Shown: positions 39,736-49,281, counted from the first letter of the stretch. The stretch is 64,000 nt of DNA from Thermoanaerobaculia bacterium (GCA_036493875.1 DASXPB010000013.1:4377-68376); one strand, 5' to 3'. Program-made: numbers and translations. Notes: generated by a model from the sequence alone, not told the origin.

Positions 39736-39825
39736 AGTTCTCCTCCAATCGCGTAGGAAGGGGCCGGATCTCCATACGGGCGCGGGGCGCCGGTGTTTTG
39801 CAAAGGGGAAGGTTAGACTTCCGCC

Positions 39826-41175
39826 ATCGCAAACCGCGTCGGCGCTTCCCGCGAGCTCGGGCTCTGGTCGGCGACGGCTCTGGTCGTCGGCCACACGATC
39901 GGCGTCGGCATCTTCCTGACGCCGGCGGAGCTCATCGGGGCCGTCGGATCCCCCGGTCTCACCCTGGGGCTCTGGCTCGCCTGCGGCGGGATCCTCCTGG
40001 CCGGAGCGCTCACCTTCGGCGAGCTCGGGTCGAGGTACCCGCAGGCGGGCGGCCTCTACGTCTACCTGCGCGAGGCGTGGGGCCGGCGAATCGCCTTTCT
40101 GTACGGCTGGCAGAGCCTGTTGATCATGGATCCGGGAGTGACCGCGGCTCTCGCCATCGGCCTCGCGCCGTATCTCGTCGCGGTCTGGCCCGCGGCGGCC
40201 GGACACGAGCGATGGGTGTCGCTCGCGACCGTCTGGGCGCTCGCGCTCCTCAACATGTCCGGCCTTCGCCTGAGCTCGCGGACGCTCAATCTCCTGACGG
40301 CGTTCAAGGTGCTGGCGCTTCTCGCCGTGGTCGCGGGCGCGTTCACGATCGGGACGGGGAGCTGGTCGCACTTCTCGCCGTGGCTCACCCGTCGCCCCGG
40401 CTCTCCGCCGCTCGGGCAGGCGCTGGGGCTCGGACTCATCGGCGCGTTCTACTCCTTCGGCGGGTTCTGGGAGGCGAGCCGCGTGGCGGGGGAGATCCGC
40501 GAGCCGCGCCGGACGCTGCCCCGGGCGCTCGTGACCGGCGTCGCGGCCGTGACGGCGCTCTACGCCCTGACCACTCTCGCGTTCGCGTATCTCGTGCCGC
40601 CGGAACACACGGTGGACGCTCGCGATTTCGCCCGCCGCGTGGGTCAGGGCCTGCTCGGCCCGGCGGGGCCCGGCGTGCTCGCGGCCGTCGTCGTCGTCTC
40701 CGCGTCGGCGAGCATTCTCGCGCTGCTCCTCATGGCGCCGCGCCTCTACGTCGCCATGAGCCGCGACGGACTCTTCCCGGCGGCGCTCGCGGCGCTCTCT
40801 CCTCGAACCGACAGCCCCGCGCGCGCCACCGCCTTGCTCGCCGCGCTCGCGAGCCTCCTCGTGCTCACGGGGAGCTTCTCGCAGGTCGTCGCGCTGTTCA
40901 TGTGCACGACGCTGGTCTTCATCGGACTGGCGGCCGCGGGCCTCTTCGTCGTGCGGCGGCGGGCGGCGGGCATCACCGCGTTTCTTGCGCCGGGCTACCC
41001 GGTGACGCCGGCGATCTTCGTCCTCCTCGTCTTCGTCGTGATCGGGTTGATCGCGCTTGCCCGGCCGATTCCCGCTCTGGCAGGATTCGTTCTGATGCTG
41101 ATCGGCGTACCGGTCTACGCGGTGCTGACGCGCCGCGCGCGGGCCGGACCCGTTTCTCTGGGAGGGGCGAGATGA
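39826..41175 (+). CDS. APC family amino acid permease (start codon unresolved)
   Basis: RELGLWSATALVVGHTIGVGIFLTPAE... APC N-terminal signature through 12 TM. An in-frame stop at 39814 leaves no ATG/GTG/TTG before the first TM. 39826 is an ATC codon and is only a placeholder. Confidence 0.65.
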   Translation: MANRVGASRELGLWSATALVVGHTIGVGIFLTPAELIGAVGSPGLTLGLWLACGGILLAGALTFGELGSRYPQAGGLYVYLREAWGRRIAFLYGWQSLLIMDPGVTAALAIGLAPYLVAVWPAAAGHERWVSLATVWALALLNMSGLRLSSRTLNLLTAFKVLALLAVVAGAFTIGTGSWSHFSPWLTRRPGSPPLGQALGLGLIGAFYSFGGFWEASRVAGEIREPRRTLPRALVTGVAAVTALYALTTLAFAYLVPPEHTVDARDFARRVGQGLLGPAGPGVLAAVVVVSASASILALLLMAPRLYVAMSRDGLFPAALAALSPRTDSPARATALLAALASLLVLTGSFSQVVALFMCTTLVFIGLAAAGLFVVRRRAAGITAFLAPGYPVTPAIFVLLVFVVIGLIALARPIPALAGFVLMLIGVPVYAVLTRRARAGPVSLGGAR

Positions 41176-41738
41176 CCTGGATCAAGACCATTCCGTTCGC
41201 GGAGGCGGATCGGAAGCTGCGCGAAGCGTTCGAGAGGGAACGGGCGCTCTATCCGCGCGAGTACGCGCAGCCCACCGGGATCACGGACGAGGCCGGCGGC
41301 ATCGCCGCCTCGCATTCGCTGATTCCGGACGCCCTGTTTCACGCCTTCGCGACTTTCGGAGTGCTGATGGCGCCGGAACTGCCGCTGACGCGGCGGCAGC
41401 ACGAGATGATCACGACGGTCGTCTCCGTTACGAATTGCTGTCATTATTGAATCGAGTCTCACGCAGAGTTTCTGCGTCGGGTGACCGTGGACGAGGAGCT
41501 GGTGGCCGCGATCCGCCGCGACTACCGAACGGCGCCGATCGACGAGCGCGACCGCGTCATGCTGGACTACGTCGCCCAGCTGACTCGCGATGCGACGCGG
41601 ATCACGCCCGCGCACCACGAGGGTCTCCGCGCCGCCGGGTTCGACGACCGCGGCATCCTCCAGATCACGCTGATCGCGTCGTGGTTCAACTACATCAACC
41701 GCGTGGCCGATGCGCTCGGCGTCGGTCGGGAGCCGTGA
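41172..41738 (+). CDS. AhpD-like peroxidase-related enzyme, candidate selenoprotein (in-frame TGA at 41448-41450 read as Sec)
   Basis: ggagg RBS plus ATG 41172, ATGA-coupled to the permease stop. The CMD/AhpD-like fold continues in frame across TGA (…[20 protein letters not shown]…), so TGA sits at the second position of the CxxC/CxxU redox motif. A hairpin lies 11 nt downstream. Confidence 0.55.
41456..41482 (+). ncRNA. candidate bacterial SECIS-like stem-loop (cis element within the CDS)
   Basis: acgcag-agttt-ctgcgt hairpin (core 41461-41477) starting 11 nt after the in-frame UGA. The loop contains G and U. Confidence 0.35.
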
Positions 41739-41744
41739 GCCGGG

Positions 41745-42167
41745 CTATTCGAGCTTCCAGGTCAGACTGATCTTCGCGTTCAGGAGCTTCGAGATCGGGC
41801 AGTTCGCCCTGGCGGTCTCGGCCGCCGTCCTGAACGCCTCCTCCGACGCCCCGGGGACCTGGGCGACCAGGTCGAGACGCGACTCGGTCACTCCCCAGCC
41901 GCCGCCGTTCTTCTCGAGGGAGACGGCCGCGGTCGTCCGCAGGCTTCGCGCGGTCAGGCCGGCCTTGCCGAGCTCGGCCGACAGCGCCATCGTGAAGCAT
42001 CCGGCGTGCGCCGCCGCGACGAGCTCCTCGGGATTCGTCCCCTTCTCGCCCTCGAAGCGGGTCGAGAACGAGTAGGGGGTCTGCGACAGCACGCCGCTGT
42101 CGGTCGTGAGCGAGCCCTTTCCGGTCTTGAGGTCTCCCTGCCACTCCGCGGTCGCCTGTCTCTTCAT
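41745..42167 (-). CDS. OsmC/Ohr family peroxiredoxin
   Basis: ggaggg RBS. ...AAAHAGCFTMAL...ETARANCPISK, the two conserved Cys of OsmC. Confidence 0.9.
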   Translation of the reverse strand: MKRQATAEWQGDLKTGKGSLTTDSGVLSQTPYSFSTRFEGEKGTNPEELVAAAHAGCFTMALSAELGKAGLTARSLRTTAAVSLEKNGGGWGVTESRLDLVAQVPGASEEAFRTAAETARANCPISKLLNAKISLTWKLE

Positions 42168-42213
42168 CGTCGTTCCCTCCGCCCCGGGCGATCACGGCCT
42201 TGCCTCGGCCGTG

Positions 42214-44295
42214 TCAGCGAGACGGCTGGCGTGGTGCTCCCGGAGGCGCGACCGACTCTATCGGAGATCGGGAGGACGGAGAGAGCGAGAGGGTGGCGAC
42301 GCCGCCGCCGAAGAGTCCGGCGTAGAGACGGCCGCCCGAGGCGTCGCGGGCTATCGCATGGACCGACTCCGCCTCGAGCCCGCTGCCGACCGCGGTCCAG
42401 GTCGCACCGGCGTCCGTCGAGCGGAAGACCCCGCCGGTTCCGCCGGGCACCAGAGGCTCCGCCCCCGCGTAAATCGTTCCCGTGCCGGTCGACGGGTCGG
42501 CGAAGAAGGTCGTCACGGACGCGAGGGGCGCGACCGGGATCGCGGTCCAGGTGTTTCCGGAGTCGGTGCTGCGACAGATCCCTCCGGCGGCCCCGACGAG
42601 GACGGCTCCGCCGGGATCGTCGTAGAAGACCGCGTTGACGGACCCGCAGGACGGGTTCGGCGTGATCGTGGACCAACTCCCGCCGCCGTCGTTGCTCTGG
42701 AAATAGACGATCGTCCCCGGCGACACCGCCGCGACCTGGGCCGGCTTCGAGGGATTCACCGTGATGGCGAAGATCGTGGCGTCCTGCGCGTCGAGGCTGG
42801 TCTGCGTCCAGGTGGCGCCGCCGTCCGTGCTCTTGAAGACGCGCTCCGAGTTGGTGCCGTCGAAGGGATGCGCGGTTCCGGCGTAGACCGTTCGGGAATC
42901 GGACGGATCCACCGCGACCGCGCCGATGTCCGCGTCGGTCAGCCCGCCCGCGCTCGTGGTCCAGCTCGAGCCGCCGTCCTTGCTCGCGAGGACCCCGCCG
43001 CCGATCGTTCCCGCGAGCAGCATCCCTTCGGCTCCGAAAGCGAGCGAGGAGACGGGAGCGGTCGGTCCCGACGGAGCGGCGGTCCAGTCGAGCCCGCCGT
43101 CCGACGTGAGGTGGATCCCGTCGTAGGCTCCGGCCACCGCGCGGCCCGCCGTCTGCGGATCGGCGACGAGCGCTGAGATGAGGCTCGCGTCGAATCCGGC
43201 GCTGGACGGCGACCAGGTCGAGCCGAGATCCGTGCTCCGAAAGACGCCGTCGCCGTGCGTTCCCACGAGGGCCGTGGAGGTCGTCCTGGAGAACGCGACG
43301 CTGTCGACGACGGCCACGACCGGCCCGGACCCCGCGGGAGCCCACGTTCCCGCTCCATCGAGGCTGACGAAGATGCCTTGGCCCGCCGTGCCGGCGATCA
43401 CGACCCGCGGATCGTTCGGGTCCACGGCCACCACGCCGACCGCGGCAATCGCGCCGGCCACCGAGAGTCCCTCGTTCGAGGCGGTCCAGTGCGCCCCGGC
43501 GTCGGTGCTCTTGTACACGCCTCCGCCCACGGGATTCGCGGCATAGAGGACGCCCTGCGTCGAGGGATCCGCGACGAGGTCCGTGAAGCCGACGAGGGCG
43601 TCGCCCGCGAACGCCCAGCTGAGGCCGCCGTCGGTGCTCACGGCGAACCCCAGGTTGGTGGCTGCGTAGACGAGGGTCGCGTCGAAGGGGTCGAAGGACA
43701 GCGCCTCGGTCACGAGGCCCTGAACGAAGCCGCTCGAGGTCTGCGGCGTCCAGGTCGCGCCGCCGTCGATGCTCCGGAAGATCTCGCTGAAGCGGGTGCC
43801 GATCACGAGCACCGACGGGTTCGTGGGATCAATCGCGATCGCGGAGACGTCGAGCGGCTCGGCGCCGGTGGTGGGATCGATGAGGCCGTCGCTGATCGAA
43901 GTCCAGTGCCCTCCGGCGTCTTCGCTCTTGAAGATCCCCACGCTCGGCGTGCCGGCAGGCGTGACGGTCCCCGCGTAAAGGGTCTGCGGATGGGCCGGGT
44001 CGATGGCGAGTGACTGGATGCGGAGCCCGGCGATCCCGGCGATCCCCCCGTTCGCCTTCGTCCAGGACTCGCCGTCGCGTCGCCCGACGAGGACCCCGTC
44101 GTCGGTGCCGGCGTACAGCAGGTCGGAGGAGGAATCCTCCGACAGGCAGTACGCCGTCCCGCCGGGGGGGCCGGCGACGCTCCACGCGCCGTCCTGCGCG
44201 GGCAGCCTCGAGGCGGACGCCAGGGCTCCCAGCAGGGCGGCGACCGCGAGCCGGACGAAACTGCATCGGGCGGTCAACAGACCGGGCTCAACCAT
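42214..44295 (-). CDS. secreted BNR/Asp-box repeat (sialidase-like/Ycf48-like) protein
   Basis: Signal peptide. Many SxDxGxTW repeats (STDGGATW, STDSGNTW, SKDGGSSW, …). Confidence 0.75.
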   Translation of the reverse strand: MVEPGLLTARCSFVRLAVAALLGALASASRLPAQDGAWSVAGPPGGTAYCLSEDSSSDLLYAGTDDGVLVGRRDGESWTKANGGIAGIAGLRIQSLAIDPAHPQTLYAGTVTPAGTPSVGIFKSEDAGGHWTSISDGLIDPTTGAEPLDVSAIAIDPTNPSVLVIGTRFSEIFRSIDGGATWTPQTSSGFVQGLVTEALSFDPFDATLVYAATNLGFAVSTDGGLSWAFAGDALVGFTDLVADPSTQGVLYAANPVGGGVYKSTDAGAHWTASNEGLSVAGAIAAVGVVAVDPNDPRVVIAGTAGQGIFVSLDGAGTWAPAGSGPVVAVVDSVAFSRTTSTALVGTHGDGVFRSTDLGSTWSPSSAGFDASLISALVADPQTAGRAVAGAYDGIHLTSDGGLDWTAAPSGPTAPVSSLAFGAEGMLLAGTIGGGVLASKDGGSSWTTSAGGLTDADIGAVAVDPSDSRTVYAGTAHPFDGTNSERVFKSTDGGATWTQTSLDAQDATIFAITVNPSKPAQVAAVSPGTIVYFQSNDGGGSWSTITPNPSCGSVNAVFYDDPGGAVLVGAAGGICRSTDSGNTWTAIPVAPLASVTTFFADPSTGTGTIYAGAEPLVPGGTGGVFRSTDAGATWTAVGSGLEAESVHAIARDASGGRLYAGLFGGGVATLSLSPSSRSPIESVAPPGAPRQPSR

Positions 44296-44385
44296 CCACT
44301 AGGAACAACGGCGGATTGGCCCGAGGGATTGCACCGGGGACCTCGGAAATCTGCCTCGAATCCTGCGCGGGCCTCCGCCAGGTCC

Positions 44386-44844
44386 CTAGGAGGAGCGCTT
44401 TCGGGTCCGCGCCGCCTTCTGCGCCGCCCGGGAGCGGGCCGAGGCTCCGCGCTTTCGTGCGCTCGAGCGGGCCTGACGCGCCAGCGCGCCGGGGCTCGCG
44501 GCCCGATGCCCTTCGCGGCGCAGCGCCTTCGACGTCGCCCGCGAGCGGGTCCTCGAGGCCGGACCCGTCTTGCCGCGGCCGCTTCGTCCCTTCGCCGCGT
44601 CGCGCCGAGCGCTCTTGCGGGTCTCGGCGGACACCGAGCCCTTCTTGGGAGGCGACAGCTCGACTCCCGCTCGGCGGGCCTTCGAGAGCCCGATCGCGAT
44701 GGCCTGCTTGGTCGATCGGGCGCCGTGCTTGCCTTCCCGGATGTGATCCATCTCCTCGTGGACGAACTCGCCCGCCTGCGTCGAGGGCGACTTGCCCTCC
44801 CGCTTGTCTTCCCGGGCGCGCTTCAGGGTCTCCTTCTCGGGCAT
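44386..44844 (-). CDS. DUF6496-like basic protein
   Basis: aaggaga RBS. MPEKETLKRAREDKREGKSPSTQAGEFVHEEMDHIREGKHGARSTKQAIAIGLSKARRAGV conserved N-domain, Arg/Ser-rich tail. Confidence 0.55.
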   Translation of the reverse strand: MPEKETLKRAREDKREGKSPSTQAGEFVHEEMDHIREGKHGARSTKQAIAIGLSKARRAGVELSPPKKGSVSAETRKSARRDAAKGRSGRGKTGPASRTRSRATSKALRREGHRAASPGALARQARSSARKRGASARSRAAQKAARTRKRSS

Positions 44845-44918
44845 CGTGTCTCCTTTCGACACGAGGTGCCGCAAGATTCGTTCCAACGAAGAGGAATCCT
44901 CGGGGCTCGTCCGAGCCG

Positions 44919-47114
44919 TCAGCGCTGCGATTTCGGCGGCGACGTCAGGCCGCGCTCCTCGAGCAGCGGCTCGACGATCGGGTCGCGGCCCCGGAACGCG
45001 CGATACATCGCCGCGACGTCCTGCGTCCCGCCGCGCGAGAGGATCATGTCGCGGAAGCGCTGTCCGTTCGCGCGCGTCATTCCGCCGTTCTCCCGAAACC
45101 AGTAGTACGCGTCGTCGTCGATCAGCTCGCTCCAAAGATAGGCGTAGTAGCCCGCGGCGTAGTCGCCCTGCCAGATGTGCGAGAAGTAGGTCGTGTGGTA
45201 CCGCGGCGGCACCTGCGGCAGATCGATCCGGAACCGCTGCAGCGCCGCGCGCTCGAAGGCGTCGACGTCCGGCGCCGGTGCGCCCGCCGGGAGCTCGTGC
45301 CAGGCGATGTCGAGGAGCGCCGAGGCGAGGTACTCGGTGGTCGCGTATCCCTGGTTGAACGTCTTCGACTTCTTGATCTTCTCGACGAGCGCCGGGGGCA
45401 TGGGCGCGCCGGTCTGGTAGTGCTTCGCGTAGTTCGCGAACACCGTCGGCTCCAGCGCCCAGTGCTCGTTGATCTGCGAGGGGAACTCGACGAAATCGCG
45501 CGGGACGTTCGAGAGCGTGGGATACCGCACGTTCGCGAACATGGCGTGCAGCGCGTGCCCGAACTCGTGGAAGAGACCGGTGACCTCGCCGAACGACAGG
45601 AGACACTTCTGACCGGGCGCGGGCTTCGTGAAGTTGAGGACGTTGATGACGGCGGGCTTCGTGTCGAGGAGACCGCTCTGGTCGACGAAGCTGTCCTGCC
45701 AGGCGCCGCCCTGCTTGCTGGGTCGCGCGTAGTAGTCGCCGTAGTAGAGCGCGAGCGGCTTGCCGTCCGCGTCGAGCACCTCGAAGACGCGCACGTCGGG
45801 GTTGTAGACCGGGATGTCCGTCCGCTCGCGGAAGGTGATCCCGTAGAGCCGGTTCGCCGCGAAGAAGACTCCGTCGCGGAGCACGCGGTCGAGCTCGAGG
45901 TAGGGGCGAATCTGGGACTCGTCCAGGTCGAATTCGGCCTTGCGGACTCTGTCGGCGTAGAAGTCCCAGTCGTACGGCTGCAGGGCGAAGCCGCCGGACC
46001 CCTTGTCGTTGTCCCCGTCGATCTCTCTCTGGATGCGCGCCGCTTCCTCACGGGCCTTCGCCGTCGACGCCGGCACGAGGCCGGTCATCAGCCGGAGCGC
46101 GTTCTCGGGCGTCTTCGCCATCTGGTCGTCAAGAACGTAGGCCGCGAAGCTCGGGAAGCCCAGGAGCTTCGCGCGCTCGGGCCGCTCCGCGGCGAGGCGC
46201 TGGATGATCGCGCGCGTGTCGTTCTCGCCGCCGTGGTTGCCGCGCCGCACGGACGCCTCGAACAGTCGCGCCCTCAGCGAGCGATTCCGGAGCGACTGGA
46301 GAGGCGGCTGCTGGGTCGTGTTCTGCAGCGCCAGCATCCATTTCCCCGCCAGGCCCTTGTCCTTCGCCGCCTCCGCCGCCGCGGCGAGGTCGCCCTCGCT
46401 CAGACCGTCGAGCTGCGCCCGGTTCTCCACGACGACCGCCGACGCGTTCGTGTCCGCGAGGATCTTGTCGGAGTACTCGGTCGTGAGCGTCGACTCCTCC
46501 TGGTTCAGGCGCGTCAGCGCGGCCTTTTCGGAATCGGACAGCTTCGCCCCGTCGCGCACGAGGTGCCGGTAGGTGCGTTCGACCAGGTACTTCTCCTCGG
46601 GCGGGAGCGCATCGCGGCCGTCGTACACGGCCTGGACACGGGCGAAGAGCCGAGGGTTCAGGGAGATCGCATCCTGGTGCGCCGCGAGCCGCGGCGCCAG
46701 CTCCGCCTTGACCTTCTGCAAGGTGTCGTTGGTATTCATCTGCGTGATGTTGGAGAACACCTTCCAGACGCGGGTCAGGAGCTCGCCCGAGCGCTCCATC
46801 GGAACGATCGTGTTGTCGAAGGTCGGCGGCGCGGGATCGTCGGCGATCGCCGCGATTTCGGCGAGCTGCCGCCGCATGCCCTCCTCGATCGCCGGGGCGT
46901 AGTCGCCGTCGTGGATCCGGTCGAACGGTGGCGCCTCGAAGGGGAGGGTGCTCCGAGAGGCGAACGGGTTCGACGGCGAGAACGACGCGACCGAAACCGC
47001 CGTGCCCGGCGGGGTCCCGGGCGCGTTCGTCGTTGCGTTCGGGAAGGGCGGCGCCCCCGTGCAGGCTGCGACGCATAGGAGAAGGGGAAGCCGAAGCCCG
47101 AGTCGACTCTTCAT
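44919..47114 (-). CDS. dcp: M3 family peptidyl-dipeptidase (Dcp-like)
   Basis: Lipoprotein-like signal. HEFGHALH zinc motif plus downstream E, with Dcp/oligopeptidase A-like length and blocks. Confidence 0.9.
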   Translation of the reverse strand: MKSRLGLRLPLLLCVAACTGAPPFPNATTNAPGTPPGTAVSVASFSPSNPFASRSTLPFEAPPFDRIHDGDYAPAIEEGMRRQLAEIAAIADDPAPPTFDNTIVPMERSGELLTRVWKVFSNITQMNTNDTLQKVKAELAPRLAAHQDAISLNPRLFARVQAVYDGRDALPPEEKYLVERTYRHLVRDGAKLSDSEKAALTRLNQEESTLTTEYSDKILADTNASAVVVENRAQLDGLSEGDLAAAAEAAKDKGLAGKWMLALQNTTQQPPLQSLRNRSLRARLFEASVRRGNHGGENDTRAIIQRLAAERPERAKLLGFPSFAAYVLDDQMAKTPENALRLMTGLVPASTAKAREEAARIQREIDGDNDKGSGGFALQPYDWDFYADRVRKAEFDLDESQIRPYLELDRVLRDGVFFAANRLYGITFRERTDIPVYNPDVRVFEVLDADGKPLALYYGDYYARPSKQGGAWQDSFVDQSGLLDTKPAVINVLNFTKPAPGQKCLLSFGEVTGLFHEFGHALHAMFANVRYPTLSNVPRDFVEFPSQINEHWALEPTVFANYAKHYQTGAPMPPALVEKIKKSKTFNQGYATTEYLASALLDIAWHELPAGAPAPDVDAFERAALQRFRIDLPQVPPRYHTTYFSHIWQGDYAAGYYAYLWSELIDDDAYYWFRENGGMTRANGQRFRDMILSRGGTQDVAAMYRAFRGRDPIVEPLLEERGLTSPPKSQR

Positions 47115-47247
47115 GGCGTCTTTGTATCAGTTCCGGCGCCGCGGCCGGTCGGGGTGACAACGTGTCGCATCGTGGCTCCGGTTGGCCCGAATTCTGCAGT
47201 TTCCGACAAGCGTACGGCGAATTCGGACGAGAACCGGGAGGTCAATC

Positions 47248-48264
47248 ATGAAACGTTTCTTAGGAATGGCGATGGGTGCGGTGATGATCCCGGCGCTCGC
47301 CGCCGCGGCAGTCCAGGCGCGCTACAGGATCACGCTCCAGGACGGGACACAGGTTGTCTCGAGGGATCTTCCAGTGCATCGCGGGTCGGTCGTTACTTTT
47401 CATGACGCGCGGTCTGGCGCGCTCACGGGACTGCCGGCGGAGGAGGTCCTGAGGATCGAGACGGGCGCGTCCACGGTTTCCGAGCCCGCGGCCGCCGTTC
47501 TCGTTCGCGGCAGCTCCGCGGCCGCTCAGACGCCGGCGCAGCCGATGCAGCCGGGTGACGTCGTCGAGCTCGGGCCGACGGGAGGTAGTCCCGCGCTCCC
47601 GAGTATGACCGCAAACGGAATGTCTCAGCCGCAGAGCGGGGGCGCCGGGAACGGCGCGTATGGTCAGCTGCCGGTCGGCGCCTACGGCGGCGCGTACGCC
47701 CCGGGCACGATCGGATCCAACGGACAGCCGATGGCCACGCCGAGCGCGATTCCAGGAGCGCCTCCGACGGTCGGTCCGAATGGCTTCCCGTTGATGAGCG
47801 GCAATCCACCGACGGTCGGGCCCAACGGCACGCCCATTTCTTCCTCGGACCAGCCGGTGATCGGCGCGAACGGCACGCCCCTCACGCCGGGGACCGCGGG
47901 CGCGGGGCAACCCGTCATCGGCGCGAACGGAACTCCCGTGACGGCGGGGACGGCGGGCGCCGCGCAGCCGGTGATCGGGCCGAATGGGACGCCGGTCCTC
48001 GCTCAGCCCGGCACGCCGGGCTCGGTTCAACCCGGTGCCCCCGGCTCGGCCCAACCCGTGATCGGGCCGAACGGCACGCCGGTGCTCGCGCAGCCCGGCA
48101 CGCCGGGGTCGGTTCAACCCGGAACGCCCGGCTCAGCCCAACCCGTGATCGGACCGAACGGGACCCCCGTGCTGGCTCCGGCCGGCTCGCCGGGAGCCGC
48201 GCAGCCCAATACGGCGCCGAACGGAACGCCGGCCTCGCCTCCGCCGGCAGCGCCTCACCGGTAG
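47248..48264 (+). CDS. secreted Pro/Gly-rich repeat protein
   Basis: gggagg RBS, signal peptide. Tandem PVIGPNGTPVLAQPGTPGSVQPGxPGSAQ repeats. Confidence 0.6.
   Translation: MKRFLGMAMGAVMIPALAAAAVQARYRITLQDGTQVVSRDLPVHRGSVVTFHDARSGALTGLPAEEVLRIETGASTVSEPAAAVLVRGSSAAAQTPAQPMQPGDVVELGPTGGSPALPSMTANGMSQPQSGGAGNGAYGQLPVGAYGGAYAPGTIGSNGQPMATPSAIPGAPPTVGPNGFPLMSGNPPTVGPNGTPISSSDQPVIGANGTPLTPGTAGAGQPVIGANGTPVTAGTAGAAQPVIGPNGTPVLAQPGTPGSVQPGAPGSAQPVIGPNGTPVLAQPGTPGSVQPGTPGSAQPVIGPNGTPVLAPAGSPGAAQPNTAPNGTPASPPPAAPHR
47969..48211 (+). repeat. about 2.8 copies of an 87-nt in-frame tandem repeat inside the CDS
   Basis: Near-identical units beginning cc(g/c)gtgatcgggccgaa(t/c)gg(g/c)acgccggt… seen directly in the sequence. 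Confidence 0.8.
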
Positions 48265-48288
48265 GACTGGGACTCGAGACGCAGGCGC

Positions 48289-48729
48289 TCAAACCTTCGG
48301 CCGAAGCGACAGCGGCGGGCGCGCCCGTGAGGACGCGCCCGACCGCGTCTTGGGCGAGGAGCCACTCCGCGAGCGGGAAATCGCCCGACCGCAGAACTCG
48401 ATGTCCGGGCACTCGCAATCGAGGAGCTTCTCGAGAAGGTTGGTCATGACACGCAGGCGCCTGGAGGCGGAGCGGATCTCGCCGAGCTTGCGTTGCGCCA
48501 GCTTCCGCCAGCGCTCGCGCCCGAATTCGGTCACGAGGCTCCGCACCTCCGCGATCGAAAACCCGGAGTCGCGGGCGAGCTGAACCACAACGAGCTGAGA
48601 CATCGCGCCGGAATCGAAGTCCCGCCGGCCGGAGCGGCGCCGCGGCGGGGGGATGAGCCGTTCCACTTCGTAGTAGCGAATCGCCGAGGCGGAGAGCCCC
48701 GTGCGCCGCGTCAGCTCGCCGATCGTCAT
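48289..48729 (-). CDS. MerR family transcriptional regulator (metal-sensing-type C-terminus)
   Basis: MTIGELTRRTGLSASAIRYYE HTH. C-terminal DCECPDIEFCG Cys cluster after the dimerisation helix. Confidence 0.85.
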   Translation of the reverse strand: MTIGELTRRTGLSASAIRYYEVERLIPPPRRRSGRRDFDSGAMSQLVVVQLARDSGFSIAEVRSLVTEFGRERWRKLAQRKLGEIRSASRRLRVMTNLLEKLLDCECPDIEFCGRAISRSRSGSSPKTRSGASSRARPPLSLRPKV

Positions 48730-48795
48730 TCGCAGAATCCTCTTGACCTAAAGTGTACTTGAAGTCCTAGCGTGGGTCTTCGAAAGGAGACCCGC

Positions 48796-49281
48796 ATGAA
48801 CCTCGTGCCCCTTCTGTTTCCCATCCTCGCGGCCTCCGCCTCCGCCGCCGCTCCCGCCTCCCTCTCCGTGAACCCGGCCCCGGCGCCGTCGGCGGCCGCG
48901 CCCGCCGACGAGCCGCTCGCCTGCCGGCTCGACGCGCTCTCGCCGGCGCAGCGCGCGCGGCATCAGAAGCTCACCGCCCTCCTCCAGCGCGCCGTCGCCG
49001 GGACCCGCGAGCTGCCGGATGGCTACGAGTTCGCGCTGGACCTGTCGAGGCTCCCCGCGGACGCGCAGGGAGATCCGGTCTGCGTCGTCGAGATCGCCGA
49101 GTGGGTGGACCTGGAAGCCCGGTGTTGTCCCTTCCTCGACTTCGGCATCGCCGTCCGCGGCAAGGGGCCGGGCTCCGTCGCCCTCACCCTCACGGGCGGT
49201 CCCGGCGTCAAGGAATTCCTGACGACGGAGGTCGCGCCGGCCCTGAAAGGAGACGAGAAGAAACTACAATCCCGACCCTAG
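48796..49281 (+). CDS. secreted Cys-containing hypothetical protein (divergent from MerR)
   Basis: gaaaggaga RBS, signal peptide. Cys at CRLD, PVCVVEI, EARCCPFLDFG. Confidence 0.5.
   Translation: MNLVPLLFPILAASASAAAPASLSVNPAPAPSAAAPADEPLACRLDALSPAQRARHQKLTALLQRAVAGTRELPDGYEFALDLSRLPADAQGDPVCVVEIAEWVDLEARCCPFLDFGIAVRGKGPGSVALTLTGGPGVKEFLTTEVAPALKGDEKKLQSRP

Noticed and set aside
39798-41450. 550-aa ORF called as one gene
   Set aside because: It is a chimera of frames. Its first about 450 codons are an out-of-frame reading across the amino-acid permease, and only the last about 93 codons (from ATG 41172) are real (the AhpD-like N-half).
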